A DNA stretch of 64,000 nt from Desulfurispira natronophila (GCF_014203025.1 NZ_JACHID010000010.1:12688-76687), one strand, 5' to 3'; numbered from the stretch's first letter, positions 41,025 through 51,685 are shown. Notes: generated from the sequence alone by a model not told the origin. Numbers and translations are program-made.

Positions 41025-42185
41025 ATGAGTGCGGTGCCTGTTGTTAAATCTGTAGCTATTCTTGGTTCGACAGGTTCTATTGGGTGTAGTGCCCTGGAGA
41101 TTGTGCGCCTGCACCGGGACAAGGTTCGAGTGGTGAGTCTGGCGGCTGGGCGCAACCGGGAGCTTCTGTTGAGGCAAATCTGTGAATTTGAACCGCAGCT
41201 GGTGAGTGTGACCAGTCGCGAGGACGCCCGGTGGCTGCAGCAGCACACAAGTATTCCTGTCTACTGGGGGCCCCAGGGGCTCAGTGAAGTGGTGGCCCAC
41301 CCTTCTGTTGAGCTGGTGCTGGCAGCTATGGTGGGCAGCGCTGGTTTGGCTCCGGTTATGCAAGCTATAGAGCTGGGGCGAGATATTGCCCTTGCCAACA
41401 AGGAAATACTGGTAGCGGGTGGCGAGCTGGTCATGGCAAAGGCTCGTCAGCAGGGAGTGCAGCTTTTACCGGTAGACAGCGAGCATAGCGCCATCATGCA
41501 GTCGCTGAAGGGGCACAGTGCCCGGGAGGTAGCTCGCATCATACTCACCGCCAGTGGCGGCTCTTTTCGCGACTGGTCGGCGCAAGAGTTGGCAGAAGCT
41601 ACGATAGATGATGCTCTGAACCACCCCAACTGGAGCATGGGACAGAAGATCACCATTGATTCTGCCACCATGATGAACAAAGGGTTGGAACTTATAGAGG
41701 CACGTTGGCTCTTCGACGTGGATCCGAATATGCTGGAAGTGATTATCCATCCCGAAAGCATTGTGCACTCCATGGTAGAGTATGTTGACGGTTCGGTTAT
41801 TGCCCAAATGGGAGTGCCGGACATGAAGGCGCCTATCGCTTATGCCTTGTTTCATCCCCGACGTTATCCGGTGGATGTTCCGGCCTTGCGCTGGGCGGAA
41901 GTGGCGACCCTCAACTTTTCGCAGCCTGACCTGGCCAAGTATCCCTGCCTGGCGCTGGCTCAGGATGTGATGTGCCAAAAGGGCAGTGCAGCCGTTATCA
42001 TGAATGGTGCCAATGAAATAGCCGTCAGTTGTTTTCTGCGGGGCGAGATTCCGTTCTCACGCATTTGCGCTATGGTGGAGCAGACCCTGCAGCACCATCA
42101 GCCCCACCATCTGGAGTCGGTGGAGCATATACTGGAGCTGGACCAGTGGAGCCGACAGCGGGCATTGGAGCTGGCGAAGGAGTGA
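41025..42185 (+). CDS. dxr: 1-deoxy-D-xylulose 5-phosphate reductoisomerase
   Basis: VAILGSTGSIGCSALEIV NADPH-binding N-terminus; 386 aa. Confidence 0.95.
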   Translation: MSAVPVVKSVAILGSTGSIGCSALEIVRLHRDKVRVVSLAAGRNRELLLRQICEFEPQLVSVTSREDARWLQQHTSIPVYWGPQGLSEVVAHPSVELVLAAMVGSAGLAPVMQAIELGRDIALANKEILVAGGELVMAKARQQGVQLLPVDSEHSAIMQSLKGHSAREVARIILTASGGSFRDWSAQELAEATIDDALNHPNWSMGQKITIDSATMMNKGLELIEARWLFDVDPNMLEVIIHPESIVHSMVEYVDGSVIAQMGVPDMKAPIAYALFHPRRYPVDVPALRWAEVATLNFSQPDLAKYPCLALAQDVMCQKGSAAVIMNGANEIAVSCFLRGEIPFSRICAMVEQTLQHHQPHHLESVEHILELDQWSRQRALELAKE

Positions 42186-42373
42186 ATGCCGTGGGACGGT
42201 CATTGTTCCGGTAAGATTATTGCGGATGGGCAATGATCTTTCTTGCTGCTATGAGCCTACAGCATGCACGGTCCGGCCTGCTCAGTCCGGCTCTAATCGC
42301 ACGTTAATAAACAAAAGCCGCCAGTGTGCTGTGCATATAAATCTGCAATTACTTGATCAGAAAGGTACCAAAC

Positions 42374-43441
42374 ATGAGTATAGTCGTTGCCCTTCTTATT
42401 CTGGGTTTTCTTATTTTCTTCCACGAATTGGGTCATTTCCTGGTTGCCAAAGCCTGCGGTGTGGGGGTAGAGGTGTTCTCCATTGGTTTTGGTCGCAAGA
42501 TACTTGGTTGGCAACATGGAGAGACCGAGTATCGTCTCTCCATGATACCCCTGGGTGGCTATGTCAAGATGATGGGAGAAAGTCTGGAGGGCAGCGATGA
42601 GGAGGCTGCTGTACCCCAGAGCAAGTCTTTTGCCCACAAGAGCGTAGGGCAACGCATGGCTATTGTGGCTGCTGGCCCTATTTTTAACTTTCTGTTAGCC
42701 ATTGGCTTATTGGCTTTGATTCACATGAACGGTGTCCCTCGCCTGGAACCGGTGGTCGGTACCGTGCAGGCGGATTCGCCAGCCTATGAGGCAGGGGTTC
42801 AGGCCGAGGATCGCATTATTGCTATAAATGGTACCACCATAAACTGGTGGGACGATATTGCCAGTGAAATTCATATTCGACCGGGAGAGCAGATCAATCT
42901 TGAGGTGGAGCGGCGTAATCAGGTTCTCAGTTTTGCCGTTATCCCAGCTGAGCGCGAAGTTGAAAATATTTTTGGCGAGCCACAGCGTATGGGATTTATC
43001 GGCATAACGGCTTCCGAGCACGTTACGACGGTACGCTACGGCCCCGTTGAGTCACTGGCGCTTGGAGTTCAGCGTACCTGGGAGCTTACCAGCCTGACAT
43101 TTCAGGCCATTGTCAAGCTTATCCAGCGTATCATTCCTGCTGATAACATCGGTGGGCCTATTATGATTGTTCAGGTAGCTTCGGATCAGGTAGAGCAGGG
43201 ACTCAACTCTTTACTGTTCTTTACCGCCCTGATTTCTGTCAATCTGGCTATACTCAACCTGCTGCCCATTCCTATTCTTGATGGTGGGCATCTGATGTTT
43301 TATCTCTATGAACTTATTCGGGGCAAGGCCCCTAGCCTCAAGGCACGAGAGTACGCCAGCCGCATCGGCATGGCCATGCTGCTGTGTCTGATGTTCCTTG
43401 CTTTCTACAACGATATACGGCGAATTGTGACTGGCGAGTAG
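42374..43441 (+). CDS. rseP: RIP zinc metalloprotease (site-2 protease, RseP family)
   Basis: HELGHFLVAKACGV (HExxH in TM1), PDZ domain, LDGGH motif near the C-terminus. Confidence 0.9.
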   Translation: MSIVVALLILGFLIFFHELGHFLVAKACGVGVEVFSIGFGRKILGWQHGETEYRLSMIPLGGYVKMMGESLEGSDEEAAVPQSKSFAHKSVGQRMAIVAAGPIFNFLLAIGLLALIHMNGVPRLEPVVGTVQADSPAYEAGVQAEDRIIAINGTTINWWDDIASEIHIRPGEQINLEVERRNQVLSFAVIPAEREVENIFGEPQRMGFIGITASEHVTTVRYGPVESLALGVQRTWELTSLTFQAIVKLIQRIIPADNIGGPIMIVQVASDQVEQGLNSLLFFTALISVNLAILNLLPIPILDGGHLMFYLYELIRGKAPSLKAREYASRIGMAMLLCLMFLAFYNDIRRIVTGE

Positions 43442-43552
43442 CGTAGCGTCAACACAGAAGTGTTGTCTGCTCTTCGTTGTAGCGCTGCATAGTGTTTTTG
43501 GAACAGGGATCGAAGAGATAAAAAATCGACAGAGCAAGACTATACTGCCTGC

Positions 43553-43650
43553 AGGCTGCTGAAACATATCCATCTGCGGGTTGCACGCTGGTCTTGTCAC
43601 GGCAGCGCACTCCATGTACGCCTTACTTCTTGCTCTGCGAGTGTCTTACA
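43553..43650. repeat. MITE-like repeat, truncated copy F (left about 100 bp)
   Basis: caggctgctgaaacatatccatctgcgggttgcacgc...cttgctctgcgagtgtcttacacccagggg. Confidence 0.6.
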
Positions 43651-43658
43651 CCCAGGGG

Positions 43659-45242
43659 CTACGCCCGCTTCATGTGCTGGGCAAGCTGCTTCCACTGCTG
43701 GAAAAATTGCTGCCGGTATTCGTCCTGTTGCTGATGAAGACTGGCCTGAATATAGCCAATCGCCTGAAAGGTGCCCAGCAGGCTTGGGTCATTGCTGCGC
43801 GCCAGGCGTCGGGTCATTTCTTCAAGGGCCTGAGCTTGTACAGAAGCATCGTTGAAGCGGCCCAGGCTGTTCTGAATTTTTTTGAAGCGCTTCAAGTTGG
43901 CAAACTCCCTGGGGAAAAGGTTTCGTAGATGCTCCACCAGGTAGCGGTACTTTTTAACAGCGATGCGCAGGGCGTGGATATCCCGGTCTGCGCTACGGGA
44001 GCTCAGCCTTCGTCCTTTTTTCCGGAGACGCTGCCAAGCAGTGTCGATAGTGTCTGTGGCAGCTTGGCCAATTGAAACCGGTTCGGCATCACCTTCTCGC
44101 TGCTCGGGCAGCCGGCAGTCGGTAAGGATTGCGGTCAGGTTCCGGTAGCGGTGGGAACTGAAAAGTCGACGCAGCATGGCGTATCCCCGGTCGCGACGTT
44201 GCCAAAGGTGAACCTTTACGGGCATCAGCTTCTCCTGCAGTTCCTTGGGCAGAGTAGCTTGCAGAATATCCAGTTTTTCCAGAAAAACGTCCATGTCCCG
44301 CACCAGTCCCGTTCTTCTCCCCAGCCACTGTAGTTCCCCTTCCAGCTTTTGCCCGCCAGATCCAAACCACGGGGCAAAATTTTTCATTAGGGCGCGGATG
44401 CGTCGCAGGGCAATGCGATAGTCGTGGAGAAACTCTACATCCAGCATTTCTTCGATTCCTTGCTGGTTGCGCTGCATTACGCTCAGGCAGTGGTCTATCA
44501 TGTCTTTGATGGCTTTGGTAGCCGGCACCTGGGGGTCCAGCCCCGATGGTTGCCAGGGCTGGTAGTCGCCAGGGACCAGTCCTGTAGCTGCAGCGCCGGT
44601 GGCAAAAAGCCCATCAACTGGCAGGCTTTTTGTACTTTGCAGTCCGTTAACGATGGTGAAAAAGTTTTGGGAGAAATCATTGCTGCGTTTTTTCAGAGGC
44701 AGGAGCTGCAGCAGCGTGTTCAGGGAGGTGTGCTGCTCAGTACGGGCAGACTCAGCGGTTAACTGCAGAACCTGTAACTCCAGCGCTGGCTGGCCACTCT
44801 CATCCACAATCTCCCAGCGACGAACGGTGCCCTCCAGGGTCAGCATGGGCAGCAGTGCCCGATTTTTAGTGTGCTTCTGAACCTTTTCAGCCAGGCTGAC
44901 AGCAGGAAGTCTGTTGGCAAAAGACGGAAAAATACCGGAAACAGAAGCCTGCTCCACTTTTTTCCCTTTCTCTATGAGGGTTGCCACGTATCCCTGGTGA
45001 TGAGGCCTGCTGGTGAGTTGTTGTTTTGCGGCAAAGAGGCGCCAGTCGAAAGTGTCGTGCCAGGTGCACTCGAAGTTTTCATCTGCCAGGCTTCGCAGGG
45101 AGACAAAGTGGCTCAGTGCCTGCAGTATGGCGTCTTGCTCATGTTTGTCGGTCAGGGAAAAGAGCTTGGCCTGTTGGTGCATGATGTTCTCCCCCGGAAA
45201 GGGTAAAGGAGCAAAAAGGAGCTGTTCACGATAAGGTTTCAC
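43659..45242 (-). CDS. CYTH (triphosphate tunnel metalloenzyme) + CHAD domain protein
   Basis: C-terminal CHAD-type helical repeats (IHALRIAVKKYRYLVEHLRNLFP, ALRRIRALMKNFAPWF); N-terminal CYTH-like region; start may be the internal Met at 45183. Confidence 0.7.
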   Translation of the reverse strand: MKPYREQLLFAPLPFPGENIMHQQAKLFSLTDKHEQDAILQALSHFVSLRSLADENFECTWHDTFDWRLFAAKQQLTSRPHHQGYVATLIEKGKKVEQASVSGIFPSFANRLPAVSLAEKVQKHTKNRALLPMLTLEGTVRRWEIVDESGQPALELQVLQLTAESARTEQHTSLNTLLQLLPLKKRSNDFSQNFFTIVNGLQSTKSLPVDGLFATGAAATGLVPGDYQPWQPSGLDPQVPATKAIKDMIDHCLSVMQRNQQGIEEMLDVEFLHDYRIALRRIRALMKNFAPWFGSGGQKLEGELQWLGRRTGLVRDMDVFLEKLDILQATLPKELQEKLMPVKVHLWQRRDRGYAMLRRLFSSHRYRNLTAILTDCRLPEQREGDAEPVSIGQAATDTIDTAWQRLRKKGRRLSSRSADRDIHALRIAVKKYRYLVEHLRNLFPREFANLKRFKKIQNSLGRFNDASVQAQALEEMTRRLARSNDPSLLGTFQAIGYIQASLHQQQDEYRQQFFQQWKQLAQHMKRA

Positions 45243-45406
45243 TGCGATGGTTAAGCGCCATTGGTTGCACAGGGTTGGGTTTTGTGTACCGGCGGTAACT
45301 ATATCAGGCTCACGAGGCGGGAGATGTAAAATTTTTGCAAATAAATTTTGTGGCAGCCTCTGGCCAGATCACTGCTGACCAAAGCTTTTTACGTTACGGT
45401 TCGTAG

Positions 45407-45850
45407 CTACATTTGGTTTTTCAAAAAAGCAAAAGGCTCTTGCCGAAAGTCCACGGTATCACTGTGGCGCAGGGTGCGCAGCTGCTCCCTCTGTGGAGTT
45501 ACAACTCGCTGCTCCATGTCGAGAGGGCTTTCCCGCTCTGCGTAGTAGACCAGGTCGTCGATAAGGAAACTGAACTCTCCACCGGACAGGGTGAACTCCA
45601 TATCTTTTGGGGGGGCAAGGGAGCCCAGGGTCAGTGAAAGGCTGGAGATGGCTTCCCGAAAGTCGTCCATATCAGAAATTTCATCAGTATCAATCTCGTC
45701 AAAATGCAGGTTGACTCCCAGTTGTGGGATTGGGTTGCTATACTCAATATCGAAGGCGGAAGAGTCAAGGTTCTCTTCCCTCTCTGCAGGATTGGCATAA
45801 GCTCCCATGGGTACGAGCAGCAGGGCTATATAGTGGATGAGTTTAGTCAT
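45407..45850 (-). CDS. hypothetical secreted acidic protein
   Basis: Signal peptide MTKLIHYIALLLVPMGAYA; 147 aa; no recognisable domain. Confidence 0.45.
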   Translation of the reverse strand: MTKLIHYIALLLVPMGAYANPAEREENLDSSAFDIEYSNPIPQLGVNLHFDEIDTDEISDMDDFREAISSLSLTLGSLAPPKDMEFTLSGGEFSFLIDDLVYYAERESPLDMEQRVVTPQREQLRTLRHSDTVDFRQEPFAFLKNQM

Positions 45851-46007
45851 GACGGCTCTCCTGTTTGAAAAAAATCCTTAAAACCCCTAAACTCTCTCGT
45901 GCTTGCCTGGATATTGAGTGCTCAATGCTTGTTTGGGCTGTGAAATAATCCTGCAGGGCTTATCTCGATAATACTTCAAGAAACTTTTTAAATAAAGGAT
46001 TACCACA

Positions 46008-46274
46008 ATGAGAACCTATAGAATACGGTTTTTTGGCAAGGTTCAGGGGGTGGGGTTTCGCAACTATGTGCGCATGGTTGCACAGTCTTTGGGGGTCTGC
46101 GGTGTGGCTCGCAATATGGCCGATGGCTCTGTGCATGTCGTTGTCAATCTTGACGATGATACTCGCCTGGCATTTTTGGAAAAGGTTGCTTCTGGTCCGC
46201 CGCTGTCCAGAATCGACCATATGGATGACGCAGAAGTCGATGATCGTTCATTTGATGGATTTTCCATATGTTGA
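46008..46274 (+). CDS. acyP: Acylphosphatase
   Basis: VQGVGFRNYV signature; 88 aa. Confidence 0.9.
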   Translation: MRTYRIRFFGKVQGVGFRNYVRMVAQSLGVCGVARNMADGSVHVVVNLDDDTRLAFLEKVASGPPLSRIDHMDDAEVDDRSFDGFSIC

Positions 46275-46849
46275 CACTCAGTACAGAGCTTCTTGGCAGC
46301 TTTGTTGCTATGGGGCGAGTGACCTATGAGAAGGATCTTAACAGCTCACATTCGGGTAATATGTCCTGTCGCGATAAAGCGGGAAATTTGCATATAACGC
46401 GTAGCGGGGCCATGTTAGGCTCACTGGAAGCCGCCGATGTGGTGAGCTTTGCTCCCGGCAGCCCCCCTCATCCCCGGGCTTCCCGGGAGTTGCCAGTGCA
46501 CCAGGCTGTTTATGAAAGCAATGCGGATGTCGGTGCCATTGTGCACACCCACGCTCCCCATGCCATTACCTTGGCCTGGAGCCATGATAAGATTGTTCCT
46601 GCCGATGCCGAAGGCCACCACTATTTGCCGCGCATACCAGTGGTAGAGTGTGTGGATCCCATCGGCTCCCAGGGGTTGGCCAGGGCTGTGGCCGGTGCCT
46701 TGTGCTTTAGCTCTTCTGTTATTGTGCGTTCTCACGGAGTGTTCAGCGCCGGTAGCGATCTGGAAGAGGCTACTCTTTATGCCTGTTGTACAGAAAGTAT
46801 CTGCCGCCTTCTCTATATGCGCTCGCTGTATCAGGCAGGAATCAAATGA
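46268..46849 (+). CDS. Class II aldolase/adducin-family protein
   Basis: GNMSCRD...ITRSG..., HTHAPHAI metal-site motif typical of class II aldolase family; 193 aa. Confidence 0.8.
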   Translation: MLTLSTELLGSFVAMGRVTYEKDLNSSHSGNMSCRDKAGNLHITRSGAMLGSLEAADVVSFAPGSPPHPRASRELPVHQAVYESNADVGAIVHTHAPHAITLAWSHDKIVPADAEGHHYLPRIPVVECVDPIGSQGLARAVAGALCFSSSVIVRSHGVFSAGSDLEEATLYACCTESICRLLYMRSLYQAGIK

Positions 46850-47550
46850 GCATGGAGCGAGTTGCACTTATTCTTGCCGGAGGGACGGGACAGCGCATGG
46901 GGAGTGCTGTGCCCAAGCAGTACCTGGAGCTGAGTGGCAGGCCGGTTTTGCAGCATACCCTACAGCGCTTTGTGGATTTTTGCTTCTTTCAGCGCTTTGT
47001 GCTCGTGCATCGTTGTGAGGATCAGGCGTGGATAGAGGGAATTCTCAGGCAGGTAGAGACCAAGTATCCCGTGCACCTGGCCCTGGCGGGTAGTCATCGG
47101 GCTGAGTCGGTTCTGAATGGCCTTGAAGCAGTGCCTTCATCCGTATCTGGCCAGGTCTACATCCATGATGGCGTGCGCCCTTTTGTGCAGCGCTTTCACC
47201 TGGAAGCTCTGAGTGAGTGTTTACAGCAGTATGCCGGCGCCATTCTGGCCTGCCCAGCCCATGATACGGTCAAGGAAGTGGCGCGTTTTCCCTCCATAGC
47301 CCGCACACTGGATCGACGTTCGCTCTATCTGGCCCAGACACCGCAGGCCTTTGAGCTGGAGACGATTCGCCATGCCCTGCGCCGCGGCACCGAGGGGCTT
47401 ACCGATGATGCCTCAGCGCTGGAGCGCGATGGCGTGGACGTTGCCGTTGTGGAAGGAAGTCGCAGCAATATCAAGATTACCACTCCCGAGGATATGCTGC
47501 TGGCCGAGGCAATTCTTGGCCAGCAGGAAAAAAACAAAAGAAGCCTATAG
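46846..47550 (+). CDS. ispD: 2-C-methyl-D-erythritol 4-phosphate cytidylyltransferase
   Basis: VALILAGGTGQRMGSAVPKQYLEL, ...YIHDGVRPFV; ATG overlaps upstream stop (ATGA). Confidence 0.9.
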   Translation: MSMERVALILAGGTGQRMGSAVPKQYLELSGRPVLQHTLQRFVDFCFFQRFVLVHRCEDQAWIEGILRQVETKYPVHLALAGSHRAESVLNGLEAVPSSVSGQVYIHDGVRPFVQRFHLEALSECLQQYAGAILACPAHDTVKEVARFPSIARTLDRRSLYLAQTPQAFELETIRHALRRGTEGLTDDASALERDGVDVAVVEGSRSNIKITTPEDMLLAEAILGQQEKNKRSL

Positions 47551-47747
47551 GGACGGTTTGGCGAAGACAGGTCACTACCATAGCATTTACGACAGTATTA
47601 CCACTGGGTTGAGTCATCTGCATGACTTCTTCAGTAGTAATGCCTCCTTCCCCTGAGGCACTCGCTGGTGTTACCGTAAAATTTCTTGATTTTTTCTTCT
47701 CTGACCCTCAGAATTATTGTAATAATAATATGAGACTGGGGTGCGGG

Positions 47748-49838
47748 ATGCGGTTGTTTTTGTTGGCACTGTTATGGTTATTGCTTTTGATGTCCTGTGG
47801 AAGCAGGCAAATGAGTGATTTTCCAGATGGTCAGGATTTTCTTGATAGTGCCATTGTGGCTGATGATTTCGTGACCAGACCAAATCCCTTCTATGAGCCC
47901 CAACGTCTTCCCAGTATCGCGGGCCTCCCGGAGGTTTCGGGCGTTATTCGCGACGCTTCGCACGAGAACCTCTTTCGCCTGCTGCTGGATGAAAGTCGCA
48001 TCAGCTACGCCTTCGAAGGCGATCTTCCCGGCCATACCTCCTTTTTTCTGCGTGACAACGTCAATGTAGCCGAGGCCCTGCATGTGTTGGCTGACTCCGC
48101 CGGACTGCACCTGGGAGTGCGGGATGGAATGCTGATTATCAGCGATCAGGCCCAGCGCACATTCTATCTGGACTATCTGGCGCGCGGGGCAGTCTCTCCC
48201 GCCTCTGCACGGCAGGACTGGGGATACGGAACCGACCGCCCTTCGCCCCTGCATGGCCGGGAAGACAGCTACGCCCGGCCTGAGCGCAATCGCCTGTGGG
48301 ATATGATCCGCGAAAACCTCAACCAGTTGCGCGGTGAAGATGGTCGGGTGGTGATCAACGATGTGGCGGGAACGGTTTTTGTTGCCGATCACCCCCGCGC
48401 CATAGCCCGCATGGAGCGCTACCTGCAGTCGGTGCGCAGTATTTACGAGCAGCAGGTAGAGGTGGAGGTGAAGATTTTGCAGGTTTCTCTGTCTGACGCG
48501 CTCACACTGGGCATGGACTACTCGGCCCTCTTTCAGGCCCGGGGAGGGCGCACCCCGGTGGCTTTCAATCTGCATGGAACTGCGGGTGAAAGCGGGGCCA
48601 GCCTGGGGACCGGGACGGGAGATCAGCCCGGTGAGGGCACAGTCCTGGATCACACGGTCGGGGTTATAAATCCTGGTAAATTTGCCGGTTTCATCAACTT
48701 TCTGCAGACCCAGGGCCATGTTCAGGCACTGTCCAATCCCACCGTTACTACCCTGAACAATGTTACCGGCACGGTCTACTCCACCCGTACATACCCCTAC
48801 GAAATCACCACCACCGAGGATACCGGCAACGTCCGCGAGGCGCGAACCACCTACGAGGACGTGCGCGTTGGGGTGTCGCTGACCGTAACGCCCTACATTG
48901 TTGCCAACGGCGATATCATGCTGGAAATTGTGCCGGTAGTGGGGGAGCTGTATGAGGAGTACGGCGGCGATGGCAGTGGCGGTCGTTACAAGCCCCAGAC
49001 CGTGGAGCAGTCAATCCAGACGATATTGCGGGTGCGCAACAATCAGTCGTATTTCATCGGCGGTCTGGTTTACGAAAAGTCCAGCCGCACGGAGCGGGGA
49101 ATTCCCTGGCTCCGGGACTTGCCTGTCATGGGCTGGCTCTTTGGGTCCCGGGGCAATGCTTTGTCTCGCCAGGAGCTGGTGCTGGTTCTGACCCCCCGCA
49201 TCGTCAGCGGTGAGCACGTAACCCGGCAGCGCACCCATGTGGATTTTCGTGAGGAGACCATTCACTACGGCCTGCTGGAGGAGCCGCTGGCTGCGACGGT
49301 GGAGTCACTGCCAGATGCAGGTGAAGCTGGCGTCCTGCGCATCGAAGACATGGGAACCTTCTATCTGCACCGTGGGCTCAACCACCTGCAGGAAGGTCAC
49401 TATCACGAAGCGGTCCATGCCCTGAACCTGGCGCTGGAATTTGCTCCCCTCTGCCCTCTGGGGCGTCCCTATCTGGCTCTGGCCCACCGTGAACTCAACC
49501 AGAACACCCAGGCCATACGCCTGCTTTCGGCGCACATCAACCTCCACCCCGAGGATAACTGGTCCCGCTATAATCTGGCCCACTGGCACTATGAACAGGG
49601 AAATCTGGAGCAGGCTCTGCGCCACTATCGCAGCCTGGACCTGCGTGACCATCCGGCGGTGCAGAACAATATCGCCGTCATTCTGGCCCGCCAGGAGCGG
49701 CACAGCTCAGCGCTGCAACTGTGGGACGAATTGCTGGATACTTCAGCGCGCTGTGCCGCTCTGCTCAATCTCCAGCAAATACCGCCCGATGACCGGGAGC
49801 GCGACGAGGTGTATGAGCGTAAGCGCCATGAATGTTAA
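47748..49838 (+). CDS. Secretin (GspD/PilQ/MshL superfamily) lipoprotein with fused C-terminal TPR-repeat domain
   Basis: Lipoprotein signal LLLLMSCG; secretin C-domain IGGLVYEKSSRTERGIPWLRDLPVMGWLFGS...LVLVLTPRIV; C-terminal about 200 aa TPR-like repeats (GLNHLQEGHYHEAVHALNLALEF..., YNLAHWHYEQGNLEQALRHYRSL). Confidence 0.75.
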   Translation: MRLFLLALLWLLLLMSCGSRQMSDFPDGQDFLDSAIVADDFVTRPNPFYEPQRLPSIAGLPEVSGVIRDASHENLFRLLLDESRISYAFEGDLPGHTSFFLRDNVNVAEALHVLADSAGLHLGVRDGMLIISDQAQRTFYLDYLARGAVSPASARQDWGYGTDRPSPLHGREDSYARPERNRLWDMIRENLNQLRGEDGRVVINDVAGTVFVADHPRAIARMERYLQSVRSIYEQQVEVEVKILQVSLSDALTLGMDYSALFQARGGRTPVAFNLHGTAGESGASLGTGTGDQPGEGTVLDHTVGVINPGKFAGFINFLQTQGHVQALSNPTVTTLNNVTGTVYSTRTYPYEITTTEDTGNVREARTTYEDVRVGVSLTVTPYIVANGDIMLEIVPVVGELYEEYGGDGSGGRYKPQTVEQSIQTILRVRNNQSYFIGGLVYEKSSRTERGIPWLRDLPVMGWLFGSRGNALSRQELVLVLTPRIVSGEHVTRQRTHVDFREETIHYGLLEEPLAATVESLPDAGEAGVLRIEDMGTFYLHRGLNHLQEGHYHEAVHALNLALEFAPLCPLGRPYLALAHRELNQNTQAIRLLSAHINLHPEDNWSRYNLAHWHYEQGNLEQALRHYRSLDLRDHPAVQNNIAVILARQERHSSALQLWDELLDTSARCAALLNLQQIPPDDRERDEVYERKRHEC

Positions 49839-49900
49839 CAGGCTGCTGTAGTACTGTCCTTTTTTCCCCATTCACAGTGCTTTGGCACTCGCGCCTGCTT

Positions 49901-51685
49901 CTATTCGGCTGTCACATCGTGCAGGTAGAGGGAGGCGTAGGCTCCGTCGCGGGAGATAAGCTCGCTGTGACTGCCCTGCTGAGCAATGCGACCATCCTCA
50001 AAAACGACGATGTGGCGGGCCTGGCGCACAGCGCTGAGGCGGTGGGCCACGATGATGGTGGTGCGCTCCTGCAGGAAGGGCTGCAAGGCCCGGTGCAGCG
50101 ATCTTTCGGTCTCCACATCCAGGGCCGAGGTGGCTTCGTCCAGAATCACCACCCGCGGATTTTGCAGAATCATACGGGCAATGGCCAGTCGCTGGCGCTG
50201 TCCCCCGGAAAGCTTCACCCCTTGCCGCCCCACCATGGTTTCAAGCTGAGCGGGCATTTTGCTGACGATCTCTTCCAGCTGCGCCATGCGCAGGGCCTGC
50301 CACAGCTCCTCATCGCTGCGTTCACGTCCCAGGGTCAGGTTCATGCGGATGCTGTCGTGAAACATGGGAGGATGCTGCAGAACGGTGGCCACATGAGTGC
50401 GAATGGTTTCGTAGCCAATTTCCTCCATGGAGGCATCCCCGTAGCAGATACGTCCCGAGTCGGGCTGGTAAAACCCTAGCAGCAGTTGTATCAGGGTGCT
50501 CTTTCCCCCTCCGCTGGCCCCAACGAACGAGACAGAGCTGCCCCCTGCAATGTGCAGGGAGATATCCTGCAGCACGGGAGCCTGGGGAGAATAGCCGAAG
50601 CTTACATTTTCCAGGCTGATGGAAACCGGCTGCTGGTTGTCAAAGGGATTTTTGCGAGGTGGGTGGCGCGGTTCCTCCTCCAGGGCCAGGGCATGGTTGA
50701 TGCGCCCCAGAGCGCCGCTGGCGGCGTTGTAGCTGTACTGTATGTTGAGCACTTCTTGCACCGGCCCCATGATAAACCACAGGTAGTTGAAAACAGCAAA
50801 CATCTGGCCAATGCTGAGGTCGGAAAAGAGCACGGTCAGAATAGCCATGGCGCGGAAAATATCGAAACCGAACATAAAGATAAGGAAGGAGAGGCGGCTG
50901 GCGGCCTCGCTCTTCCAGGCGTAGGCGTCGGCGTTGCGGCGGATATTGGCCGCATAGAAGCGCAGGCGATCAAAGAAGGCCTGCTCTCTTCCCGAGGCCC
51001 GCACCTGCGCCAGCGCATCCAGAGTCTCGGCCAATGCCTGCTGAAAGACCTCCACCGCCTCGTTTTCCTGGCGTTTGAGGTGCTTGACCCTTCGACCCAC
51101 GGCAATGGTGAAGTAGACCACAATGGGGTTGAAGAAGATGAGAAAGAGGGCCAGTTGCCAGTGGATGAGCAGCAGGATCGCCCCTGCACCCAGTATGCTG
51201 AGAATCGAGATCAGGGCCTTGGCGATGGTGGTTCCCAAGAACTGGTCAATGGTGTCCACATCATTGACCATGTGAGCGTTCATGGAGCCGGAGCCGATAG
51301 TCTCGTACTGTGCCATGGAAACCCGCTGCAACCGGGCCAGCATGTGGCAACGGATGCCGTAGGTGATCTCCTTGGCGATGGCGGTGAACTGACGCATTTG
51401 CCAGACACCCAGTGTTGCCGCCACCGAGCGCAGCATAAGCGTGAGCACGAGTATGACGGTAACGGTAGCTACCGCTCCGTGCCAGTTGGTGGGAAGCAGC
51501 CATTGACTGAAGCTTACCAGGAAGCTCGGCTGATCCAGCAGAACCTCGTCAACCAGCAGGGGAATAAGCAGTGGCACAGGCACACTGGCCAGCATGGCGA
51601 CCACGGCAATGGCATTGGCAAGCAGCAGCGATTTCTTATGGCCAAGAACCAGTTCGGTAATATGTTTCCAGCTGTAGTGAGACAT
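49901..51685 (-). CDS. ABC transporter permease/ATP-binding protein (MsbA-like exporter)
   Basis: Six-TM N-domain; Walker A GASGGGKST, signature LSGGQRQRLAIAR, Walker B ILDEATSALD; start set at MSHYSWKHITEL. Confidence 0.85.
   Translation of the reverse strand: MSHYSWKHITELVLGHKKSLLLANAIAVVAMLASVPVPLLIPLLVDEVLLDQPSFLVSFSQWLLPTNWHGAVATVTVILVLTLMLRSVAATLGVWQMRQFTAIAKEITYGIRCHMLARLQRVSMAQYETIGSGSMNAHMVNDVDTIDQFLGTTIAKALISILSILGAGAILLLIHWQLALFLIFFNPIVVYFTIAVGRRVKHLKRQENEAVEVFQQALAETLDALAQVRASGREQAFFDRLRFYAANIRRNADAYAWKSEAASRLSFLIFMFGFDIFRAMAILTVLFSDLSIGQMFAVFNYLWFIMGPVQEVLNIQYSYNAASGALGRINHALALEEEPRHPPRKNPFDNQQPVSISLENVSFGYSPQAPVLQDISLHIAGGSSVSFVGASGGGKSTLIQLLLGFYQPDSGRICYGDASMEEIGYETIRTHVATVLQHPPMFHDSIRMNLTLGRERSDEELWQALRMAQLEEIVSKMPAQLETMVGRQGVKLSGGQRQRLAIARMILQNPRVVILDEATSALDVETERSLHRALQPFLQERTTIIVAHRLSAVRQARHIVVFEDGRIAQQGSHSELISRDGAYASLYLHDVTAE

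Noticed and set aside
35474-41363. Antisense ORFs 35474-36373 plus, 37630-38505 minus, 38438-39169 minus, 40617-41363 minus, opposite spoT, tsf, pyrH and cdsA/dxr
   Set aside because: These oppose highly conserved housekeeping genes. They are shadow ORFs.
33925-43465. 14-mer tgtcaacacagaag occurring twice (about 33934 and about 43449)
   Set aside because: Too short and only two copies. No flanking similarity. Likely chance.
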